A DNA stretch of 64,000 nt, taken from contig NC_067401.1 in assembly GCF_016432865.1 (NCBI RefSeq), positions 40,734,001 through 40,798,000 on the forward strand, given 5' to 3'. This DNA is from Antechinus flavipes (Eukaryota). Made by a program: the position numbers and the translations under genes. Below are positions 26,773 to 38,570 of this stretch, in pieces (within the stretch, counting starts at the first letter, position 1; every line of letters begins with the position of its first letter). The notes under the pieces are model-generated. The model saw only the letters and a program-made list of their open reading frames with translations. It was not told where the DNA came from and did no database searches.

Positions 26773-29700
26773 TGTTTGGGTTCTTAGCCCAAACTCCTGA
26801 GTGACGCGGATCATATATAACCAGCAATGCCCGGTGACTAGAATGACGAAGACCATGAGTAATGAGGGGCAAGAGGCAGAATGTTGAAAGATTCCGTTTA
26901 TTACAAAAACAGCAAGCCCTTTTCTCTTCTCAGTATATGCTTCTAGTTCCTATAGCTTAGCGTAGGCACATTCTAGCCAATAATAGCAGATATATGGTTC
27001 CCTATATGGTGATCTATAAGAAGCTACACGTAAGTACAAAGTGAACATTCCTTTCCTAATAAGGTATGTGGGTATTGTTCTCTCATCCTGGATTTGGCAT
27101 GCCTCTCCCAAATCTGCCACACTGTTTCTCGGGTGGGACCCCTTCCTCCCAACTCCATCTTGTTCACCCTTATAAGGCCACCCTCAGTTTACTTGAACTG
27201 CGCCTTATGCGATGTCCAAGGCTGGTGGGGGGTTGGCAAGTCCTCTAAAATTCCCCCTTTTTTGTTTTTATGTGACAGTTCCACAAGCTTAAATTTTTGT
27301 GCATTAATAGCATACCAGATGGAGGTTAATACAGATCTCAAAATCATTGGTAGTAAACACAGGGTTGCTACAATTACCAACATAATTGCTCCTAGAGTGA
27401 TTCCAAATTGTTTCAAATGACCTCATGGGTCAGCTTATTGATAAAATGAGATGATTTTTTTCTGTAACATCACTGGGTCAAATTCTTTGGTCAATGGTTT
27501 GATCAATACTATCTACAATTTGAGTCAATCTACTTGATTCATAAGAAACATTTCCCCAACTTAATCCATGTAATTGAGTCCTAATTATCTCCCACTGTAT
27601 GTGTGTTTCATTATATATTGCATCCGTTAAACAATATTTATTGTATCTATAATCACATTGTAATTCTTGCTGTAATTCTAAATATTGCACCTCTTCTCCT
27701 AAAAAACTGGACTGCCTTTTGTAATCTAGGTATAGCTTCATAAAATTCCTCATCAACCTTTAATTGTCTCCTAAATCTGGCTGATACATTTTTCCTGGCT
27801 TCTGTTATTTGGTTTTGAGTGTTAGATATAGATAAAGTAAATGCTGTGGTGACTACAATAGCCTCAGCTAATTAGGTTATTCCTAATATAACACATGATA
27901 TATGCTTTTTGTCCTAGTACCTAGTTCATTCATTTTTTCTTGTAAGGCCTCAAAAATATTATCACTACAGGTACAGTACCAGGAGTTTGCTTTCACAATA
28001 GTTAAAGTGTAGTGGAGATGAGCGACTATGTACATTCTCCCCTTGAATTTTGGCCCAATGCAGGTTTGTACCTGACATCTAATACATGTCAAATTGAAGA
28101 TTCCTTCTCTATATGTTGTGATTCTAGACATGTTGTTTTTATCTACAAGAAATGCATAGCTTTTTCTAGACAAACTCTGACAGTCAGAGTGACATTGCTT
28201 GTAACATTATTCCTAGGGTAAATTCTCACTAATTCTGGCATCCCTTGTACTGTCACGCCTCCTACAGCAGCAACTGCTTTCTCTATACCTTTTATTTCCA
28301 GCCCTGAATTATGAATGTATTTCAGTCTTGGATATTCTACTACCTGTACATGCCCATATGTACATGGTGGTGTTACGATAACAGACTAAAGACTCAGTAT
28401 TAGTTCTCCTGCCTTAAAGTGATTTGTGCATACTGATGCATGATGCACTCCTTAAAAGGCATAAAACCTGGATAATGGTACATTATTGATAGGTTGTGGG
28501 GAAGGATGCTATTACAGAATTTGCTATGCCTGTTGTTCAACCAATTATTATATTTGCTGAGAGGAATATCTTGACCTTCTAGTCTCTAAGTGTACAAGTG
28601 ATATCAGTGCATGCTAATGGATAAGGTACCTGCCTCTGCTCTTATGGATGTGTCCTCTAGATACATGACACCATCCCTTAGTGAAGCACACTAATCCACT
28701 AAACCTATACTATTTCCATAGTATTATCACTTATCCCCTGTCCAAACTCCCCCATTACTTTTTGGGTGCATAATGGTAGCCCCTTGGTTAGTCCTGTAAA
28801 ATTAAATGTCTTGTTGAATGTCATTGATTGTTTGTTGTCTGAGTCCCATTCAAAACCACCCTCTTTAAACATATGGCATAGGTTACCATATCGAATAAAT
28901 TCTGGCATAGTCTCTGTCCATGTGAGCACTTTTAGCCAAGGGGGGAATGGGATGAAAGCCCATCTATGTGTCTGCTTGATGCTTTCAGATGTCAAGATGG
29001 GAGCTATTCCTATCGTTATCAGGATGCTGCTGAGTATTCTGCTGATGATCTTCATTTTGTATGTTGCTAGTTTTGATCAGTTCCATTAGGTGCTTTTTTC
29101 TCTTCTTCACACGCTGCCTCTTTCCCTGTGATTTCTTTCCCATCGTGCAGTACGTGGATTCTTCTCACTGGAATCCACTTTTCTTTTTCTCTTGTGGAAA
29201 TACAAAAATACTCTTTTCCCCATATTAGCACTGTATGTGGCCCATGCCGTTGTTTCTCATGATCTCTCCATATGACCCTCGCTTCTGTTGTGGAGTTCTC
29301 TTTTCTCTTTTTACTTTCAAATTTTGTAACTGATATTTCATGGCTGGAAATAGACCTTTGTCATCAAATTTTAAATAGTTTATCATATAAACTGCTGTTT
29401 GTAATTTGTTATGAATAGATCCATGAACTTTTTGTTTTTCAAGGTAGATCTTGAGAGTCTGATTATTCCATTCAACAATAATCAGCCCTGTCTGATTATG
29501 GGGGATCCTTGTTATATGTTTAATATGGTATTTGAAACAGAATTGTTGGAAAAATTTTGAAACATAGGTGGGGCTGTTATCTGTTTTTAATATTCGGGGA
29601 ATGCCATGATTAGCAAAACAACACATTAAATAACTAGTGACATATTTAAATGATTCTCAGGTTTATGCTGAAGCCATCAAGAAACCAGAGAAAGTGTCTA

Positions 29701-31845
29701 CACATAAGTGAATACATTTGTTCTTTCCAAAGGAATTGTAATGAGGACTATCCATCTGCCAAATATCATTGGGAGCGTCTCTTTTTGGGTTTTGTAACTG
29801 CAACTTTTGATGGTGGGAGAAAAGGGACACAATTTGTGCACTGTTTTCCTATCTGTCTGGCCTGTTCTTCGGAGATTCCATATAACCACCTTAATGATTT
29901 TGCAGAGAGGTGGTATTTATTGTGGCCTTGTGCAGCCAGTGTGTTTTTCATAGTCAGCCTAGCATGTCTAGGAGATACATTTGTAACGTCTGGTCTGTGA
30001 TACTGTTTCCTTCTGCTATTGGACCGGGGAGGTGAGTGTGAGACCTGAGATGACAAATATAAAAACAAGACTGTCTTTTTCCTCTTAGTACTTTGTGCCT
30101 GTTGTAATAATTGTGTTATATTGTCTTGCTTATCTGAAATATATGCTATCTCAAGCTGAGGGATGAGAGCTGCCACATAAGAACTGTCTATAACAATGTT
30201 AGAAGTTTCGTCAATTTCTAAGGCCTTGATAAGGACCCACAATTAATTCTGCTGGGTTGAAGTGAAATGGTTTGAAATTTGTATAATTGTGACCTGCTGG
30301 AAATATACATTGTGGCCCTTTTATCTTTAGCGGCAACAGTGAAGATGTTTATTCCTGTGACTGGCACTTCCATATATTTTGCAGTCCAAATCTAGGGCCA
30401 TTCAGTCCATTGTCTCTCGAACCTCAAAATGTTTCCCTGTTGTAAATTCAAATTTGCAATAATTTGCCATTCAGTTGATGTTTGTATGCATTCCTAAATC
30501 TGATCATTGGTATATGGAAGGTATATGATCTCAGATGAGATCTTTTGCCCCGTGATAGAAATTTTTCTATTCCTCTGTTGTTATAGACCAGAACTCTGAA
30601 CTTGAAACAAAGGAGTTTTACAAGATGTTAAGTCAATAGAATTGATAGAGACAATAGTTACCTAATTTAGCATGGTTCAGTATGATTGATTTACTCCTAC
30701 AAGGAGATGTCATGGGCCAGAACTTGAAACAAGGTAATAAGTGGAATTGAGGAGACAATGTTAAATCTAGTTTAGTACTGATTTAATCCTACAACAAATA
30801 ACGGTTTCCTAGTGATATAATGATTGGTTTGGACTCAGTGTGGAGCATATAAGCTAGAAGCTCTCAGGGCCAAAAAAGACAAATGCACTAGAAGCTCACA
30901 GAGGCTGAGACAGATTCATTCCATCGTCCACCTTTCATCCAACTTTATAGTGGTTGCAGGCTGAAACACAAACCTTTGGATAAGGAGAGATTCAGAGCTC
31001 TTGGAACCAAGATGAGAAATAGGACTATAAAAAAGCTAACCGGGCCCCAGTAAAGGAGACAAGACTTTGAAGGAGACAATAAAAGATTTGGACTTTAACT
31101 CCTGGCGACTCTTGTGGTGATTACTGAACTGGAATGAAGGCTGCTCCCAGAGATCCCAAGAAAACTGAAACAAGAGAACATTACACTCTGCTATTTTGGA
31201 CTTCTGCAGGGTTACTCACAGTTTAGTAATCTCCCATCTCCCAGGGGTCAAAATGCGTGTCTTCTCACCTGTTCCGTGAGGCACCTTCTGGGGAGGGTGG
31301 ACATTTCTCTTGCTTTTGCAGCAAGCTTCACATTGGTCTCCCACACTGTCCTTCGCATGAGATGACTTTAGTGGATCCCTGCTATGCACAGGGCTTGGGG
31401 GTTCTACACACAGGATTAGGAGAGGCTCACATTGGGTGCCAGACCATTTGGGTTCTCGGCCCAAACTCCCAAGTGATCAGAAGTGCCTAGTCACCTGAAT
31501 GGCGAAGACTGTGAGTAATGAGGGGTGAGAGTCAGGATGTGGGAAGACTCCGTTTATTATAAGCCCAGTAAGTCTTTTTATATGCTCAGTATATGCCTTT
31601 AGTTCCTATAGCTTAGCATAAGCACATTCTAGCCTATAATAGCAGATATATGATTCCCTATATGGTGATCTTCAGGAAGCTACATGTAAGTACAGAGTGA
31701 GCATTCCTTTCCTAATAAGGTATGTGGAATCTCCCAATCCCAGAACTGCCATGTTGCTTCTCAGGTGGGACCCTTTCCTCCCAATGCCATCTTGTTCACT
31801 CTCATAAGGCTACCCTCAGTTTCTTGAGCTGCACCTTGTGGTCCC
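26773..31845 (-). mobile_element. Class II (beta-like) ERV copy 2: LTRs, Lys PBS, RNase H/IN and beta-type env; gag-pro-RT deleted
   Basis: 3' LTR about 26773-27249 with PPT AAAAAAGGGGGAA; TM ELQCDYRYNKYCLT; SU WAFIPFPPW (28705-29055); IN LKTDN (29225-29626); PBS TGGCACCCAATGTGAGCC 31424-31441 (decayed tRNA-Lys CTT type); 5' LTR about 31445-31845. Confidence 0.9.
30579..31185 (+). mobile_element. Solo LTR nested in ERV copy 2
   Basis: TG...CA termini, 6-bp TSD CTCTGT/CTCTGC, AATAAA near 31078, internal duplication of the U3 start at 30708. Confidence 0.88.
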
Positions 31846-32310
31846 AAGACCTCCAGAAAGCTAATCAGAACCTTACATTTTGGCATCCGAACATGGGACT
31901 AAAGATTTACACTCAGAAGTCCAGACTGACACGATCCTGAGTTCAGTGGAAAAGTCTCCGTGACCCAGAAATTAGGGCGAGTATAAAAATAGACAAGAAG
32001 GCAACTTTGTTAAGGACTAAACTAGTGTTTCAGCTGAAATAGGACAAATGTTTAGAAAGAAGATTTCTCCAGCTCAAGGAAAATGTGTAGAGTACATAGT
32101 TAAACTAATAAAAAACCAAGGTTTGATTGTAATGTGGGAGAAGATCACTGGACTTTTAGAAACATTACAGTACTTGTCTCCTTGGTTCTCAAAGGAAGAA
32201 GAATTAGAGCCAGATGAGTGGAAACTAGTATGAGAGCAAGTAATCAAATATTTCAATGATAATGGTGCTGATTTAATTTCTAAAGAAACATTCTATATAT
32301 ATATATATAG

Positions 32311-34677
32311 CTGCCATGAAGCTTGCCAAAGATCTCTCCTGTATTCTGGAGTCCAGAATCTCCAGCCTCTCTCCTCTTTGTCCTGCCCCCAAGTGACTCT
32401 GGCCTCTGTCCCTCTGCTCTCCAATACTTGCCTATGATTATCTTAACACCAAACATTCAGCAATCACCAACAGTGAGAAGAGCCATTTATCCAAACATAT
32501 GCTAATAGAGTCATAGTCTCACATCAACTGGCTAATTAGCCTTAAATGCTTGCTTGTCTGATTCAAGCATACCTTTTTGGAGTTTCAGCCCTCTACATCT
32601 CCCGCTTTCTTTTGTTTTAGAACACAGATGGTCACACCCTCTCTGACTTCTTAAAGAGGTGAGAACCCCAAAAAGGAGATGATCACATTCCCCCTGACTT
32701 CTCAGGAAGGGAGGTGAAAGCACTAAAAAGGAGATGATCACACCCTCCCTGACTTCTCAGGAACAGAGATGAAAATTACCAAAGGGAAGTGGGGAATCAA
32801 GCCTGATATTGTTAGCGAGTTTCTGGGCTGAAGGGTTTTACTAGAAACAGGTATGCACAAACTCATCAGCATGGGAGGTATTACACAAGCACATAGCAAT
32901 AAAGCACAGGGTAGCAGTGATGACTCTCCTCATGGCCGGTGCAGGCTCAATGTGGTGTAACAAACATGAATTGTACATGTAAGTAGTGATATTACAATAT
33001 GAATCAACATGGTATTATAAAAGATTTCCAGAAGTCCTAGAAGAAGGATATGTAAACAACAGTCATACATACGCCTTCTTCAGCAGCCAAGAAATAGTCC
33101 AAAACCAATCTATTGTCCATTGCTTCACATGTTAGGGAATCCAATATCCCTGCAAGTTTTTGAAGTCCTGCAACAGTCTTTTTACGTGTTAGGGAATCCA
33201 ATGATTCTTACAGATTTTGAAGTCCTGCAGCAGTCTCATCATGTCTCAGGGAATCCAATGATTCCTGAGGGTTTTAAAGTCGTACAACAATCTTTTCACG
33301 TCTCAGGGATTCCAATGATTCCTGAGGGTTTTGAAGTCCTGCATGAGTCTCATTAACAATTTTTGATATCCATGAGTCAATTGCCATAATTGCTATGCTC
33401 TTTCAGTGGTGGGCACAATCAGCGATAGACTCACCCGATGTTTCTTGGGTCTTCTCCTTTGGTTCAAGTGTCTGCTCCATTTCTCTCTGATGGACAAGGC
33501 GAATACGGCCCATTGGTACCCATCTGATTCCTTCTCCATCTGTAGAGACACAAGAAAACCCTCTCCCCCAAGCAGTTAACCTATCTGGTCCCTTCCATTC
33601 ACCACTTTCTGGATCTCTCCATATCACCTGGCAATTATCTAAAGATAGTGGAGCTACTTGCACTGGACACAGCCCTTCCAGTGGGTTATAAAACCTGTTT
33701 GTTGGAGCCAGTGTATTTTTGTCAAAAATCAGGAAATTAATTGTATAAAGAGTTAAATTCAGAAGTTCTCTAGGGTTACCTGTGGCTCCCCCTTTCTTTT
33801 GTTTTTGGAGGAGTATCTTGATGTCTCTGTTTCTCCTCTCTACTATTGCCTGTTCTTGAGGATTAAAAGATATGCCAGTGGTGCGTAAAATCTTATACTG
33901 TGCACAAAAGTGTGCAAAATGTTTAGAAGTATATGTAGGTCCATTATCTGTTTTAATTGCTTGTGGCATACCTATAATTGCAAATGTTTGTATAAGGAAT
34001 TCATTTATTATTGTATTATTCACATAGTTGATCTACTAGCTTCCAATTATCTGCCTCTATTTCTTCTTCCTTGAAGAACCAAGAAGACGTGCATTCTAAT
34101 GTATCTAAGAGTCCCTTGCCTCTTTATTAATCTGATATGCTTCCTGTAGAGCTTCTTCAGGGTGGGGGAGAATCTTTTCCTAATATCTGCCCCATTTCAG
34201 CTAAAAAATGAGTTACTAGTTTAGCTCTTAACAAAGTAAATTCCCTGTTTGTCTATTAAAATACCTTATTTCCTGGTCACAGGGATTTCTTCAGTGAAAT
34301 TTGGATCCTTGGTTCGCGCCAAATGTAGAGTATGGGCTAGCTCCCTGGAGGGCCTCAGGGTCAACCAGAGTCAGGATAAATTAAAGTCGTTGGTCTTTAG
34401 GAGGAGAAGTGAAAGAGGCAGGCAAACTGCCGCGCGGCTTGCCAAAGATCTCTCCTGGATTCTGGAGTCCAGAATCTCTAGCCTCTCTCCTCCTTTTCCC
34501 TCTGCCCTCCAATCCTTGCCTATGATTATTAAACATTCAGCAAGCACCAACAGTGAGAAGAGCCATTTATCCAAATATATGATAATAGAGTCACTGTCTC
34601 ACATCAAATGGGTAATTAACCTTAAGTGCTCTGTTGTCTGATTCAAGCATACCTTTTTGGAGTTTCAGCCCTCTACA
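32311..34677 (-). mobile_element. Class II ERV copy 3, internally deleted (about 2.4 kb): 5' LTR, PBS, MA stub, IN, env TM stub, PPT, truncated 3' LTR
   Basis: 5' LTR 34324-34677; PBS TGGCGCGAACCAAGGATC 34304-34321; gag ATG 34195; IN IKTDNG...WKGPD (33403-34023); PPT 32598-32614; 3' LTR 32311-32597. Confidence 0.92.
33037..33387 (-). pseudogene. env TM remnant with a 4 x 19-aa heptad-region expansion and the immunosuppressive domain; two internal stops
   Basis: Manual translation MAIDSWISKIVNETHAGLQNPQESLESL...AMDNRLVLDYFLAAEEGVC...; 57-nt period (33134, 33191, 33248, 33305). Confidence 0.8.
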
Positions 34678-35884
34678 ACATAAGTTTTAGAATTAGGAAA
34701 AAGGAGAAAGAGCAGAAGGAGGATACTGACAAACTAGGTGAGAAGCATAAAGAATTAGACAAAAAAGAAGTTAAGTACATTGCTGATTAAATTAAGGAAT
34801 ATGGTGCTTCACAGCAGGAGCCATTAGGGCATTCCCCATCCCCTGACCTACCCCCCTCAATTAACCCTTCATGGGTGGAGGGAGAAGGAGAGGAGGGAGG
34901 GATAGTGACACAATCAGCACCATCTATGAAGCAGCTTTGTCCACCCCCTGTGACAAGATTACAAAAAGCACTAATTAAAAGTAAAAAAGGACAGGATATA
35001 TCTGATTTAATAGACGCATACCCTGTTATTCAAGAGTTTGACTCTTCAGGTCAACAAAGGAGAAGATACACTCCTTTTGATCTAGAAATTATCAAAGATT
35101 TGAAAAAGGGTTGCATTCTTTATGGGGCTACATCTTCTTATGTTAAGATATTAGAAAATTTAGCTTATCACCCCTAGTGATTGGAAATCTATAGCACAGA
35201 CATATTTAGAACCTGGACATAACTTGTTGTGGCTTTTGGGGTGCAGTGAACTATATAGAATACAAGCCCAAAGAAATAAGCAAACTGGAGTTAATATACA
35301 AATCACCTTTGACCAACTAGCAGGTAAAGGTCAGTATGCAGATGCTTTAGCACAGATTTAGCACCCTTTGATAGCATATGAGCAAACTGCTGATGCTGCT
35401 ATAAAAGCATGGGGTACCCTCCCAGGAAAGCAAGATAGAGGGGAAGTCTTCACGAAAATAGAGAGCAAGGTCCAAATAAACTCTTTGCTGATTTTGTGGG
35501 ATGTCTGCAGACAGCTGTCATATGAAGAATTGGTGAAAATGCAGCAGCAGCAAAAATGATAAAAACAACTTGCTAGAGAAAATGTTCATGAGGTTTGTAA
35601 GAAGAATTATACTGGGACTACACAAGGATGCTCCTTTAGAGGCGATCATAAGATGCTGTGCCGTAGTGGGCACAAATGCCTTTTATACCTAGGCTATGAT
35701 GCAGAACATGGGAAGACAGGGTCCTTCTTGGCAAGGGACTTCCAGAGAGACTCATTGATGGTAAAAATGGTAATGTGGTAAATTGTGGTAAAATGTGATA
35801 AATGTAGGGCATCTGAAAGCTCAATGTTGGCACAGAGAAAGAGTGAGAAGACAGGATGAGAGAACAAGTCACAAAGTGCAAACT

Positions 35885-38500
35885 GCCCCAGAGTCCACCA
35901 AAAATACCACATATTCATCTTGTGGTCCCACTCTTAAATTTATCAAGGGCTCTGGATGGGATTTTTCAAAGAACTCCTGCCTCCCTAATCTTCAAGTTCC
36001 ATGAGGGAACAGACTTGATCTTCCTTCCATTGGGAACAATTCCTGGAAAGATGGCCACTTCTCCCACAAGTCCAGCATGTTAATAGGCCTCTTATTCTTT
36101 GTCTCCCTTCCTCCCCACCTTGGGAGAATCTTGCTCTCCCTTTATTCTGTTGGAACTTTTTATTTACTTAGTCAGGATTCCATCCTCTCCCATGTCCCTT
36201 TGATTCCAGTATGATCTGAACCAGCTTTTTAGCCTCTTATCTCTCTGCTTCTCTCTCGTCATCTCTTCTCTCATACACTTTTGTAGCCTCTTTCAGTAAT
36301 TCCTTTAAGGGCTTGCAACCTCATCTTTCTAATTTCTGCAACTTCTTATTAATGTCTGGCCATGAGTTGCAAACAAAATGTAATTTTAGTATACTTTCCC
36401 TTACCAGATCCTCTGGATCCAATTCTGAGATTCCTGAATCTTTTAGTCATTCTAAGAATTTAGAAGGGGATTCATCCTTTTCTTGCATAATTATTTCTAA
36501 TGCCTTATTAATATTGGGCTTTGGAAATGAGTTCTTAATCCCAGTAATGATTAGCTCTCTTAGATCTTGCATGTTCTGTCTATGGACGGGATTATTATTA
36601 TCCCACTCTGGATTAACAAGGGGAAACTTTTGTTCTGCTGTCATCACCCCATCTGTGAGCAGGTAATGTCTTTCCCATTCTTCCATGGCTGCTTTTCTAA
36701 TTGCTACTCTCTCCTCTTGGGTGAATAACATGTTCAATATATGTAGGAGCTCACTCCAGGTATAAACACTTAGTCCCCCAAACTGGTCTGTTTGGAGGCC
36801 CCTGCGGAGTCCTTTGTGATAGATTTTAAATCCCTTTTGAAATTCCTAATCTCAGTCCAGGTCAAGGGGGCATTAACAAACCTTATTCCCCCTTGTGGTC
36901 TCCCTAAAGGAACCTCTCTGAGAGGATACAGTTTGATTTTCCCAGTCTCAGGCTTTGTAAAAGAAAGATTTTCTACAGCTTTCCTCAGTTCCAATTTCCT
37001 CTCATTCCTTCCTCAATGTGTCCTTCCTTAGTTTCTGCGACTCCCAGGGTCCCCAGATCATTAAGAGGGGGCTCAGTTGGTCCAGATTGCTCCACTGAGG
37101 GAGCCTGTGGGAGCCCTGCTGCCACCGGAGGTGCTGAGGATGGCAGAGCACAGGGAGGCGAGATGACACATGGGGGATCTCCAGCTTTGTTACCGGTGGC
37201 TTATTCACCTTTTTTTGACTCAATAAAAGCGTCTCAGTCCCTAAACCAGAGACTTGCATAAATTGCTGCCTCTAGATTAAAGGGATCTTTTTCATTTACA
37301 TATAAATTCAATTGTTGGCATACCCAACCCTCAGCGCACCCATATCTTCGCCAAACTACTCCTTTGCCAATGTTTTCGCCACCCCATACAAAACAACAAT
37401 TATCATTTTCTTCTTTTCCATTATATTTTGGTAATTCATTCCAGTTCTGTAACCTATTCCCCAGGGGGCTCTTAATCAGGACTTCCTCATATTGCTCCTG
37501 ATTTGGGGGTTTGGACTCCACTTTCCCCATAATTTGACAAGGACAGTTTTTAGACTCCTCTGTATTCCAAATTATCCCAATCGTGCCCTATTGGGCACTT
37601 GATAGGTTCTCAGAGAGTCCTTTCCACCCCTTCCCTCCCCACCCCCCCAGGGTCGTTTGCAATCCATTTCACCACACAATTTACGTTAGAGGCTCTTTTT
37701 CTCAGATCTCCCTAGATCCAGCCAATTGATCCCCAGATTTCCTAGTGCTTACTTTCTGGTTACAAGAGTGTAGGTTCTCCTGACGGCAAATCAATCAACA
37801 TCTGCACACAGAGCTTCGGATCAGTCACTTTTACTTTCTCCTTCACCGAGTCTCTTCTCTTTGTGCACTTTGCTGCAGTAGAGAAGTCTCCACCCCGAAG
37901 ACCAACAAAACACAGTCCCAAGGTCTCCCGCCTGCAAATAGGGGTGATGGGTGTTCTGCCGAGCCACGTGATCCCGGAGTCACGTGATACCCCCAAACTG
38001 TATGGAGTGGGAGACCCTAACTCAAAATTGATTACTTAAAGACCTCTCAAAATGAAGGTAGAAAGTTTTATGAGAATCTCCAGAGAAGCGGAAATCCAGA
38101 ATGAGGAAAAGCCGAAATTACAGTAAGGAGAGTGACTAAATAAACAAGCACTGCCCAATCCCTTCCGCAAACCCCCTTATACAAAGCTTTTAGTCCAGAT
38201 TGGTTGTTACTTTTCCTTATTTAGTGGGTGGAGTGATAATAGACTGATTAGAAATGAGCCAACCGTACAACTTCTAAAAGTTATTTTAAAGTCACATTAT
38301 TTCTAGGGAAACAAAACCAAAACCAAGGCTCAAGGTTTCGTATATTTCAGCAGATTGTCTGAAAAACCATTACTTGCTCCAGTTTCACTAAAAAAATCTT
38401 ACCTAAAAAATGCCCTCATTGATCCTAGCCAGCTTGAGCCGATTTAAATCGGGACGCTTTCATCGAGAACTTGGCGATTTAGCCAGTTTCTTGGCTCACG
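35885..38500 (-). mobile_element. Class I ERV copy 1a, 5' part: 5' LTR, PBS, gag and protease start
   Basis: LTR U5 end at 37999, TATA near 38180, CCAAT near 38200 (U3 start uncertain); gag MGKVESK at 37530; CA-like PLVNPEWDNN and QEKDESPSKFLE; protease FLVDSGA at about 35885-35910. Confidence 0.82.
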
Positions 38501-38570
38501 AGATGATTGGCTAGAGACTAAAAGTTCTACCAATAGTCAATTAGCCCACTTACTGCTATTATATCAGCAT

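Larger units (their letters stand above)
31846..35880 (+). mobile_element. Class II ERV copy 4: U5 stub, PBS and gag only, interrupted by copy 3
   Basis: U5 end ...CCTTACA at 31877; PBS TGGCATCCGAACATGGGAC 31881-31899 (Lys TTT-like); gag MA from a mutated start at 32039; gag resumes at 34678 with CA-like and GHLKAQC knuckle segments. Confidence 0.82.

Noticed and set aside
33120-33356. Plus-strand 78-aa ORF with 19-aa repeats
   Set aside because: Antisense shadow of the 57-nt env-derived repeat; the minus frame explains the sequence
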